DNA from: Malacoraja senta
Taxonomy: Eukaryota
Reading direction: 5' to 3'
DNA length: 64,000 nucleotides
Assembly: GCA_038087875.1 (NCBI GenBank)
Contig: CM075977.1
Coordinates: 36,332,001-36,396,000, forward strand
In this document: positions 24,686-35,130 of the stretch, one piece after another
Numbering within the stretch: the stretch's first letter is position 1
How the letters are laid out: every line of letters begins with the position of its first letter
The notes under the pieces: generated by a model
Database searches by the model: none
Told to the model about the DNA's origin: nothing
The model's input: the letters and a program-made list of their open reading frames with translations, nothing else
Position numbers and translations under genes: made by a program

Positions 24686-24746
24686 ATGTCGCACATGCGT
24701 GCTGGACGGGTTCTTCACGTAGTCACTCACGTGACTCCGAAGTAAA
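24686..24746 (-). repeat. DIRS left terminus (left ITR)
   Basis: Complementary both to 18916-18951 and to the ICR segment 19145-19179. Confidence 0.9.
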
Positions 24747-26871
24747 ATGGGCTATTAATGTTCATAGTTTTGTCCGAGCCAAGTTTAATAGCCTGATGGC
24801 TGTGGGGAAGTAGATATTCCTGAACCTGGTAGTTGCAGTCTTCAGGCTCCTGTACCTTCTACCTGAAGGTAGCAGGGAGATGAGTGTGTGGCCAGGATAG
24901 TGTGGGTGCTTGATGATACTGCCAGCCTTTTTGAGGCAGCGACTGCGATAGATCCCTCGATGGAAGGGAGGTCAGAGCCGATGATGGACTGGGCAGTGTT
25001 TACTACTCTTTGTAGTCTTTTCCTCTCCAGGGCGCTCAAGTTGCCGAACCAAGCCATGATGCAACCGGTCAGCATGCTCTCTACTGTGCACCTGTAGAAG
25101 TTAGAGAGAGTCCTCCTTAACAAACCGACTCTCCGTAATCTTCTCAGGAAGTAGAGGCGCTGATGTGCTTTCTTAATAGTAGCATCAGTGTTCTCTGACC
25201 AGGAAAGATCTTCAGAGATGTGAATGCCCAGGAATTTAAAGCTCTTGACCCTTTCAACCATCGACCCATTGATATAAACGGGACTGTGGGACTCCATCCT
25301 ACTCCTTCCAAAGTCCACAATCAGTTCCTTGGTTTTGCTGGTGTTGAGGGCACGGTTATTGTGCTGGCACCATATGGACAGTTGCTCGATCTCTCTTCTG
25401 TACTCTGACTCAACCCCATCAGTGATACGTCCCACAACAGTGGTGTCGTCAGCGAACGTGATGATGGAGTTCGCACTATGACCGGCTACACAGTCATGAG
25501 TATAGAGTGTGTACAGCAGGGGGCTGAGGACGCAGCCTTGAGGTGCTCCTGTGCTGATTGTTATCGAGTCTGACACATTTCCACCAATACGAACAGACTG
25601 TGGTCTGACAATGAGGAAGTCGAGGATCCAATTGCAGAGGGATACGCAGATACCCAATTCTGCGAGTTTGGTAACCAGCTTGGAGGGGATGATTGTATTA
25701 AATGCCGAGCTGTAATCGATGAATAACAGCCTGACATATGACATAGAACACGACCAGAGAAAATGCAGATAAAAAGCGCAAGAGTGCAAAGAGGTAGATT
25801 GGTAAATGGGGAATAAATCCATTAACTTATTAGAGCTCCATTCAAGATAATCATGGATGGTCCAATGTTAACCTCAGTTTTGCCTCTCTGCTCCCTTTAT
25901 AACATGCCTACCTCAACCCTGACTCGACCTTCACAGTACTCTAGACTGAAGAATTCCAAATATTCACATTGCTCAAAGAAGAAATACCTCCACATTCACA
26001 GCTTATTCTGCAGCAATGTCACAAATTCAAAATTGTCACATGAGGGGAAACATCCTTTCAATCTTCCTCAGAACCTATATGTTTCAATAAGATCACCTGC
26101 TGTTCTTCTAAATCTGAAAGAACTTTGGCCCAACCTCTTCAATCATTTATCGTAAATCAACCCGGTTATCTTAGGAATCAGCTGAGTGAACACTCTTTCA
26201 ATTGGCTTAAATGCAAATAAATCATTCCTGAATTAAGGAGACCAAATCCCCATGAAATGCTCCAGATGGAGGCTCACCAACACCAATCTTTATCCTTCAA
26301 GCAGAATGATCGGATTGTTATTGCATTGCTGATTGTGGGAGCTTGCTGTGTATTTTCCCTACTCTTATTTAGGTTCAGAATAATGTGGTTGACTTTATTG
26401 AAACATATAAGATTGCAAAAGGGCTTGACAATGTATTTACTGAGAAGATGTGGCCCCTGGCGCTGTATCTATAATAGGGTGTATTGTTTTGGAACGAAAG
26501 ATCAGCCATCCAAGATGGAGATAAACTATTTCTTCTCAGAAAGGGTTATGAAAGCATCTTTATTTACTTATACAATGGAATTAAAATAAAACAATGAGGA
26601 TAAAAGGGTACAGATCTAAAACACTGGCCCTGTTTCTCTCTCCACAGATCCGGCCTAACCTGCTATTTTCCTTTCTCATTTGAGGTTTAATAACAAATGG
26701 GAGATGAGGGTATCCTCTCAGAGGTTTTTGGATCTTTGGAATTGTCTGCCCAGATAATTTTGGAGGCAGAGGCGTTGAATGTGTAAGACTGAGTTTGACC
26801 TTTAGCCTATTGTAGAGTCAAACATTGTAGGAACAGGCAGAAAGATGGAGCTGGGGCCATGTTCTAATCAG

Positions 26872-27032
26872 TGGCACCATGGAGTAGCTGGTAGAGCTAC
26901 TGCCTCACAGTGCCTGAGACCCAGGTTCAGTCCTGCCCTCAGGTGCTTTGGTGTGGAGTTTGCATTTTCTCTCTCTAACGTCGTTATGTTCCCCCAGATA
27001 TTTTGGTTCCTCCCAAACATAGAAAACCTCAA
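26872..27032 (+). mobile_element. tRNA-derived SINE head, interrupted by the Penelope-like element
   Basis: gagctactgcctcacagtgcc..gacccaggttcagtcctg; continues after 28230. Confidence 0.7.
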
Positions 27033-28217
27033 AGGTACACAAAAATGCTGGAGAAACTCAGCGGGTGCAGCAGCATCTATGGAGTGAAGGAAATAGGCAA
27101 CGTTTCGGGCCGAAACCCTTCTTCAGACTGATAGGGGGTGGGGAGAAGAAAGGAAAAAAGGAAAAATGCGGAGGAGGAGCCCGAGGGCTGGGGGAGGGGA
27201 GGAGACAACCAGAGGGCTGATGAAGGGGAGGGGACAGCAAGGGCAAGCAGAATTGGGAGAATTCAATGTTCAAGCCCCTAGGATGTAGACTGCCCAAGCG
27301 GAATATGAGGTGCATTTCCTCCAATTTACGGTGTTGCTCGCTGTGGCCATGGAGGAGACCCAGGATAGAGAGGTCAGATACGGAATGGGAGGGGGAGTTG
27401 AAGTGCTGAGCCACCGGGAGGTCAGGTAGGTTATTGTGGACCGACCGGAGGTGTTCGGCGAAACGATCGTCAAGCCTCCGCTTGGTCTCACCGATGTAGA
27501 TCAGCTGGCATCTAGAGCAGCGGATGCAATAGATGAGGTTGGAGGAGATGCAGGTGAACCTCTGTCGCACCTGGAATGACTGCTTGGGTCCTTGAATGGA
27601 GTCGAGGGGGGAGGTGAAGGGACAAGTGTTGCATCTCTTGCGGTTGCAAGGGAAAGTACCAGGGGTGGTATGGGAGGGAAGGGAAGAATTGACAAGGGAG
27701 TTACGGAGGGAGCGGTCTTTGCGGAAGGCAGACATGGGGGGAGATGGGAAGATGTGGCGAGTGGTGGGGTCACGTTGGAGGTGGAGAAACTGACGGAGGA
27801 TCACTTGTTGTATGTGACGGCTGGTGGGGTGAAAGGTGAGGACTAGGGGGACTCTGCCCTTGTTGTGAGTGGGGGGATGGGGAGAGAGAGCAGTGTTGCT
27901 GGGTATGGCAGAGACCATGGTGCGAGCCTCATCTATGGTGGAGGAGGGGAACCCCCGTTCCCTGAAGAATGAGGACATTTCAGATGCCCTGGTGTGGAAC
28001 GCCTCATCCTGGGAGCAGATGCGGCATAGACGGAGGAATTGGGAGTGGGGGATGGAGTCCTTACAGGAAGCAGGGTGGGAAGAAGTGTAGTCCAGATAGC
28101 CATGGGAGTCGGTGGGTTTGTAGTGGATGTCGGTAAGGAGTCTATCATCTTCGATGGAGATAGTGAGGTCAAGGAATGGTAGGGAAGGTAGATGAAGATA
28201 GTGAGGTCAAGGAATGG
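27033..28217 (-). mobile_element. 5'-truncated Penelope-like retroelement (RT thumb plus GIY-YIG endonuclease)
   Basis: ORF 27058-27978 has C..RC..C, NLIYCIRCSRC.LIYIGETKRRL..RFAEH, VAQHF and GLN. 13-bp TSD tagaaaacctcaa at 27020-27032 and 28218-28230. Confidence 0.93.
27095..27135 (-). ncRNA. Minimal hammerhead-ribozyme-like motif at the Penelope 3' end
   Basis: Minus strand reads CUGAAGA-a-GGGU-uucg-GCCC-GAAAC-GUU. The core and stem II are present; stem I is weak. Confidence 0.7.
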
Positions 28218-30209
28218 TAGAAAACCTCAATGTTGGTAGTTTAGTTTAGTTTAGTGATACAGCATGGAAACAGGGTCTTTGGCCCACCGAGTCCGAGCTG
28301 ACCAGCAATCACCCGTGATTGTGATTAATATAGGATTGTTCTAAGTGGTTGATGGTTGGCATAGATGGGCCGAAGGGCCTATTTCTTTGCTGCCTCTCTA
28401 TATGACTGTTACTTTCTAGCCATGACATTACTAAATAAAGGAACAAGCTTGAGGAATCAGGCGGTGGTCAACTTCTGATCCGATTTCCATTGTACTTTGG
28501 TAAGGGGAGAATTATTCATCACAAAGAGACTGTGCATGTTTAACACAATCATCACTGTTGATATCTTGCCCGTCACCATCACCATTGTTGAAATGAAATT
28601 CCAATGAGTTTTCAGCTACACTGCTGATAAAATTAACTCCACTAATTCGCACAAACATGAGGTTTTTAATCCGGGCTAGATATGTGCATTGGGGATATAG
28701 TGGTTGTTCTGGATAGTTGTTCTGGAGCCATGGAAGAGCTTATGAGTCTGAAGGCAACTGTTTTGTCAGTCTTTGACACTCTCCTTCTGCACTCCCAAGC
28801 GATGATTGCCCTGGCGACAGAGGTGGCAGTGAAGAAAAGGCAGCCTGGCACACTCGCAGAGTAGAGCCGGCACTGGTATAATTCACTAATGGCTGCTTCC
28901 CATTACAGCCCCTCAGTGAGACACTCAGTGACAGATTGTGGACTCAATTACTCTTGTGTCAGGTGATTATCCCGGGTCTTAATGTAATCTTCCATTCACA
29001 CATACCATATTTCAATTACGACTGCACTGGAACATGCTGTGTATTCAAATCACCAATCACCTTATCAGTACTGAACAATGTCAACAGTAAAACACACCAG
29101 CTGAAAGCAATTATACATGTGTTGAGAACCGATTGTGATTACTCTCGGCGGTATTTTGTGATGAGCTAGGGAATGTGCTGAAAATTTAATTTAATGACAA
29201 TATGCTTGCTGTATAATCCATAACGCCTCACGAATTCAGCGTGGAGCTATTAATACTGATACAAGCATATTATCAGTGAACTGAAAAGTTGGGTTTTAGC
29301 AAGCTGGATTTCTCTGCAGGGAGTAATATTCCAAGCGGCAGCTCCTCATGCATTCTGAAGGTAGTCTTCCTTCATCTGGCATTCCTTCATTCTCTTCTTT
29401 CCTGCAGTCTCGCTCTCCCTCTCTCTCTCTCCCTCCCTCTCTCCCGCTNNNNNNNNNNNNNNNNNNNNNNNNNNNNNNNNNNNNNNNNNNNNNNNNNNNN
29501 NNNNNNNNNNNNNNNNNNNNNNNNNNNNNNNNNNNNNNNNNNNNNNNNNNNNNNNNNNNNNNNNNNNNNNNNNNNNGCTAGCTGTGCATCAGACAAATTA
29601 AAAGGAAAAATTGAAGTAGGGTTTGGGGGAAGGCAGAGAGCAATGATGGCTATTTAAGAACTAAAATCAATAGTGGCGTAAAATTGATTTAGTACTTGTC
29701 ATAAAATATATGGAAGTGCTGGAAAATGGAGGAAATTGAGTCATGCTTTAATCTGCACAGGAGCCACACTGTTCTGATGAAGTAATCTGAGCAGGAACTA
29801 ATATATAATCCAAAGACAGACACTTAATTGTCACATTAAAGACTCTTTTTACGGCCTACTGCACTATAGGACAACATTCATTAATCATCTGGATAAGAGG
29901 AATTGAAATCAAATCACAATTAAAATCTGTTCGATATTGTCTGTTATATGTTTTGCAAGTATTAATTTTTTTTTCTATTGATTTTTTTGCTCTGCGAATT
30001 TGCAGGCATTCGGGATCTTTGAGAGACCAATGATTCTACATCGGCTGCCTCAACTTCTAGGAATAATTTTTCCTTTGTTTTTTTGGATTGAGATGTCCAG
30101 CAGTTTCTCCCTGACCTCTTAGTCATCAGCTTCCTTTAATTGTGAGGACAACAATTTGAAGGAAATGTCCTGTGGGGTACCTGAGCTTTCCAGCACACTC
30201 CTGGTCAAA

Positions 30210-30525
30210 AAGTGGCACCAGGTGGGACAGCTTATCTGCCACTCCAAAAACTCGGGTTCATTCCTGACCTCTGGTGCTCTCTGTATAGAGTTTGTGCAAT
30301 CATCCCATGACATGTAGGTTCTGCCCGCAGCTCTGGTTTGCTTCTAGATGACAAGGACATGCTGGTAGGTCAACTGTCTACTGTACATTGCCATTACATA
30401 GATGAATAGTGGGAGAGTTAGGGGGAGTTGATGTGAGGAAAGAAGTTGCGAGGAAAGGTGATTGATAGGATTACTCCGTGAACCAGAATTGGTTCAATGG
30501 ATCAAATGGCCTCCAGTTCTGATAT
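30210..30525 (+). mobile_element. tRNA-derived SINE, degenerate
   Basis: ctcgggttcattcctgacctctggtgctctctgtatagagtttg head. Confidence 0.65.
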
Positions 30526-30859
30526 ATGGAAATATGGAAATATCACAACAAATTACAGGGTTGGAAATATTCACATCAATCACATCACATCATCAGAGAA
30601 TAGAATGAGCATCCCAAATTCTACTCTAAAAATGTGAGCTCCTCCGGAATGTTTCTCTCCATCTTCCAACCAGCCAAATGCCATTCACTTTTTGATAATT
30701 ACCTTTAATATGTGGCTTTTTGTCACATTTTGTTTCAATTGTGTCTCCTGCAAATACCTTAACATGTTTTGTTGCATAAGGCGTGAGAACTAAACAAATA
30801 GAAGCAGGATTTGACTAACTGACCCCTCGGGCTTTCTCTACAATCCAACAAGATCATGG

Positions 30860-30954
30860 GTACACAAAAATGCTGGAGAAACTCAGCGGGTGCAGCAGCA
30901 TCTATGGAGCGAAGGAAATAGGCAACGTTTCGGGCCGAAACCCTTCTTCAGACG
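30860..30954 (-). mobile_element. 95-bp Penelope 3'-end insertion (hammerhead-like motif plus tail)
   Basis: Nearly identical to 27034-27128; perfect 10-bp TSD aagatcatgg at 30850-30859 and 30955-30964. Confidence 0.92.
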
Positions 30955-32365
30955 AAGATCATGGCTTCGTCTCTCCTATTTTGTCTGTTCCCCAGTACCT
31001 TTCACTATCCTACAGTCCAAAAGCTAAGAAGCCAAATTAAACCATTTTGTTCTGCCTGAACATGATCCATATTTCTCCATTCCCTGCACATTCATGTTCC
31101 AATCTAAAATATCTTCATTACCAAAATCATATCTGCTTCCGCTACCACCCCCGGCAGAACATTTTAGAAACCTACCACTCTCTGTACAAAAACATCTTGC
31201 CCTACACATCTCCTTTATACTTTTCCCCACTCACGTTCAAGTTTGCCTTCTAGTTTGTGACATTAGTACCCTGGGAAAAAGGTTTTAACTGGGTTCTCTA
31301 TCTACTGTATACCTCTCATAATTGTCTAAATATCTATTAGATCTTCCCTCAGCTTCTGATGCTCCAGACAAAATAACCTAAATCTGTTCATAGTCTGCTT
31401 ATAGCTAATACACTGTAATATACTCTAATACAATCTAATACAGGCAGCATCCTGATAAACCCCTTCTGCATCCTCCCAAAAGCCTGTGCATCCTTTCTAT
31501 GGAGAGACCAGGACAGCACATTAAACTCCAAAGTTTAGTAATGGTAAAACATGACTTCCTGACTCTTATACTCAATGCCCTAACTGATGAGGGCAAACAT
31601 ACCTAACACCTTCTTTATCATGCAATTTATGTTACTACTTTCAGGAAGCAATGGACTTCGACTCTAAGATCCCTCAGTACATAAATGTTGTTAAGGGTCC
31701 TGCCGTTAATTGTATACTTTTCCCTTACATGTGACTCCCAAAGTGCAACACCTCATTGTTGCCATTTCTCTGCCCATATCTGAAACTGATCTATATCCTG
31801 CTGTATCCTTTGACAGTCTTTTTCACAGTTTGCTACTCCACTAATTTTTGTGTTATCTGCTAACTGCCTAACTCACGCATGCACATTTTCATCAAGTCAT
31901 ATGCTATGTATATAATCACAAACAACAGAGGTCCCACCACAGATCCCTGCGGAACATCGCTGGTTACTGGCCTCCAGCCAAAATAACACCCTGCCACCAC
32001 TATCCTCTATCTTCTATGAGTAAGTCACTTCTGAATCCTAACGACAAAGTCACCGTGGGTCCCATGCATTTTAATCTTCTGGATCACCCTACCATGAGGA
32101 ACCTTTTAAATGTTCTTACTAACATCCATGTATGCAATCGCCTACCTTGCCTCTCTCAATAAACTGGGATATATCCCATCTGCCTCTGGGAACGTATTCA
32201 CGTTAATGATCTTCAAGAGACCCAACTGCACCTCCTTATGATCTCAAGTATATCCCACACTGACCTCATCTTCCTCTGCATCCTGCTCTTTGGTGAATAC
32301 TGAAGCAAAGTAGTCCTTTAGTACCTTGCTTACATCGTTTAACTCCAAACATAAATTCTCTTGTA

Positions 32366-32556
32366 GATAGACACAGCAAGTTGGAGTAACTCAACGGGAC
32401 AGACAGCATCTCTGGAGAGAAGGAATGGGTGACGTTTTGGGTCTCGACCCAAAACTTCACCCATTCCTTCTCTCCAGAGATGCTGCCTGTTCCACTGAGT
32501 TACTCCAGCTTTTTGTGTTTATCTTCAGTTTAAACCAGCATCTGCACTTCCTTCTT
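32366..32556. mobile_element. Palindromic Penelope-end-derived insertion
   Basis: Inverted arms 32366-32443 and 32446-32523; 17-bp TSD acataaatt(c/a)tcttgta at 32349-32365 and 32557-32573. Confidence 0.88.
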
Positions 32557-32887
32557 ACATAAATTATCTTGTATATCCTTGAGTTCATCCTACCCTCTCC
32601 CTAGTTACACTCTTGTTTTTAATGTACATATTAAAAAAAACTTTGGTTTAGCTTTAATCCAAATTGCCAATGGCATTTCATGGCCCTCTTCCTAATTCTC
32701 TGGCTGAATTATCTCCTGCTTTCTTTATAATTCTCAAAGGCCCTAACTAATTTCATCTTCCTAAACCTTACATATTCTTCATTTTTCTTTTTGAATTTAT
32801 ATCCTCACTTTACATCCTTTCTTTACCTTGCAGTACTTATCCTTCCTCCTGGCTGAAACATATTTGTTCTTAACTCTGACCAGCTAA

Positions 32888-33140
32888 TTTAGTTTAGTTT
32901 AGGTTAGAGTTTAGTTTAGATTTATAATGTGGAAATAGGCCCTTCAGCCCACTGGGTCTGTGCTGACCAGTGATCCTTGTACACTAGCATTATCCCACAC
33001 ACGAGGGACAATGTACAATTTTTACAGAAGCCAATTAACCTACAAACCTGTAAACCTTTGGAATGAGGGCAGAAACCGGAGCTCCCGGTGAAAACCCATG
33101 TGGTCACAGGGAGAACATGCAAACTCCGTATAGACAGGCC
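32888..33140 (-). mobile_element. tRNA-derived SINE, 5' truncated
   Basis: (tttag)n tail and core matching 33790-34100. Confidence 0.85.
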
Positions 33141-33790
33141 TTTAAGCAATTCTAAATATCAGATGTGGAAATACCCCAAAACTGCTACTAATTTACTCTC
33201 CCTAGCCCCCACCTAATAATGTTGTAATTTATCCTCTCCCCATTGAGAATTCTCCGCAGGATCCAGTCGTATCCTATTCATAACTATATTAAAACTAAGC
33301 AGTTGTGATTGTTGTTTCTAAAATGCTTTCTGAAATGCTAGTCAGCTGGCCAGTCTTGTTTCCCAGTACATGTTCAAGTATGTCCCCTCCTCTAGTTGAA
33401 ATATCCACATACAGTTTCAAGAAACCCTCATGGTATACCTGATGAATTCTGTCCCATCTAAACCTTTTGCAATAAGGAAGCCCCAGTCAATACTGCGGAA
33501 GTTAAAGTCACCCACTACGACAAACCTGTCGCTTTTACATGTTTCCATAATCTGTCCAGAATTAATATATATCTTCCTCTGTCTCCTGCTGCATATTGGG
33601 AAGGCCTATAGGATAATCTCATCAGGGTAATTGCACCATTATTATCTTTGTGCTTTACTCATAGGATGTTCCCTTCAGTCCTCTTATTTTTTAGCTCTAC
33701 ACAACCTGCTTCAGTGGATGATTCTTCCAGTATGTCCTCTCTACATTCAGCTGTGACATCCTCCCTGATTAGTAATGTAACCCCTGCACC

Positions 33791-34100
33791 TTTAGTTTAG
33801 TTTAGTTTAGGGATACAGCGCGGAAACAGGTCCTTCGGCCCACTGAGTCCGCACCGACCAGCGATCCTCGCACATTAACACTGTCCTACACACACTAGGG
33901 ACAATTTTTGCATTTATACCAAGCCAATTAACCCACAAACCTGTACACCTTTGGAATGTGGAAGGAAACCGAAGATCTCGGAGAAAAACCACGCAGGTCA
34001 CAGGAATACTTGCAAACTCCGTACAGACAGCACCTATAGTCAGGATCAAACCCGGGTCTCTGGCGCTGTAAGGCAGCAACTCTACCGCTGCGCCACCATT
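33791..34100 (-). mobile_element. Full-length tRNA-derived SINE (HE1/V-SINE-like)
   Basis: Minus strand: A-box tggcgcagcgg, B-box-like gggtttgatcc, conserved core, CR1-like tail and (ctaaa)n. Confidence 0.92.
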
Positions 34101-34359
34101 ATAGGACTTTACTGCTTTTTACCTCTTTTACCTCTTTTACTTCTTTCTCTCTCACCTCTGAAACATTGAATCTCTGAACGCTGAGCTGTCAGTCCAGTCC
34201 CTCTCATAACCAAGTCTGTGTAATGACCACAATATCATAACATCTTGCACTGATTGAGGCTCCAGTTGTTAATTCAGATTTTCAGCATCTGCTGTTGTTA
34301 TTTTTAGTCTTTTGAATAAGGTTGCACTTGTATCCATCTGGACTAACATTCACAGTTAC

Positions 34360-35130
34360 GGAGTCATACAGCATGGAAACAGGCCCTTTAACCCAACTTC
34401 CCTTACTGACCAAGATGCCCCATCTACACTAGTCTCACCTGCCCATGTTTAGCCTATATCCCCCTAAACCCTTCCTATACATGTACCTGTCCAAGTGATT
34501 TCTAAATGTTGTTATAGTATCTGCACCAACTAGCTCCTTCGGCAGCTCGTTCCATAAACTCAGCTGCCTCAATGTGAAAATATTGCCCCTCAGGTTCCTA
34601 TTTAATCTTTCCCCTCTCACCTTAACCCTATGTTCCCTGCTTCTTAATTCCTCTACTCTGGGTAAAAGACTGTGTATTCACCCTATCTATTCCCTTCACG
34701 ATTTAATGCCCCTCATCCTCCTGTGTTCCAAAGAATAAAATCCAGTAATCATGCCTGCGACATTCTCATCCAAATTGTTGATATCAACCACAAACAGCAA
34801 TGGGCCCAGCACTGATCCTTGAGGCATACCACTGGTCACAGGCCTCTAATGGAAAAAGAACAGCCTTCCACCATCACCCTCTGCATCCTTACATGAAGTC
34901 AATTTTTCATCCAGTCAACTAACTCTTCCTGGATCCCATGCGATCTAACCTGCCAGAGCAGCTTATTACGTGGAACCTCATCAAATGTCTTGCTGAAGTC
35001 CATACAGAAAACATCTATGGCTTTGCCCTCATCAAGTGTTTTGGTTCCTTCTTCAAAAACTCAATCAGATTCGTAAGACACAATCTCCCATGCACAAAAC
35101 CATGCTGACTGTCTCTAATCAGCCCATCTA
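34360..35130 (-). mobile_element. Internally deleted CR1 LINE
   Basis: ORFs 34435-34620 (LWNELP) and 35015-35305 (SQHGFVHGRLCLTNLIEF). Confidence 0.85.

Larger units (their letters stand above)
18843..24746 (-). mobile_element. Full-length DIRS1-type tyrosine-recombinase retrotransposon
   Basis: gag, RT/RNase H/MT and YR ORFs on the minus strand; inverted termini 24686-24721 and 18916-18951; internal complementary region 19067-19179. Confidence 0.95.
18663..25754 (-). mobile_element. 5'-truncated Rex1/Babar-like LINE split by the DIRS insertion (pieces 18663-18842 and 24747-25754)
   Basis: ORF 24842-25822 has FIDYSSAFNTI, GAPQGCVLSP, FADDTT, LNTSKTKEL and QRLYFLRRL. Short repeat tail at 18663-18681; candidate TSD cagagaa at 18656-18662 and 25755-25761. 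Confidence 0.88.
31025..33790 (-). mobile_element. Old, degenerate CR1 LINE with nested insertions
   Basis: Reverse-strand CR1 remnants (accctgggaaaaagg, gtgttatctgctaact, ggtcccaccacagatccctgcggaac). Confidence 0.7.

Noticed and set aside
19707-24813. Alternative-frame and antisense ORFs within the DIRS element
   Set aside because: Shadows of the real gag, pol and YR frames.
28809-28831. CTCF-like motif agaggtggcag
   Set aside because: Only the 3' half of the consensus matches.
33990-34100. tRNA gene
   Set aside because: The A/B boxes belong to SINE heads repeated many times in the window; no full cloverleaf.
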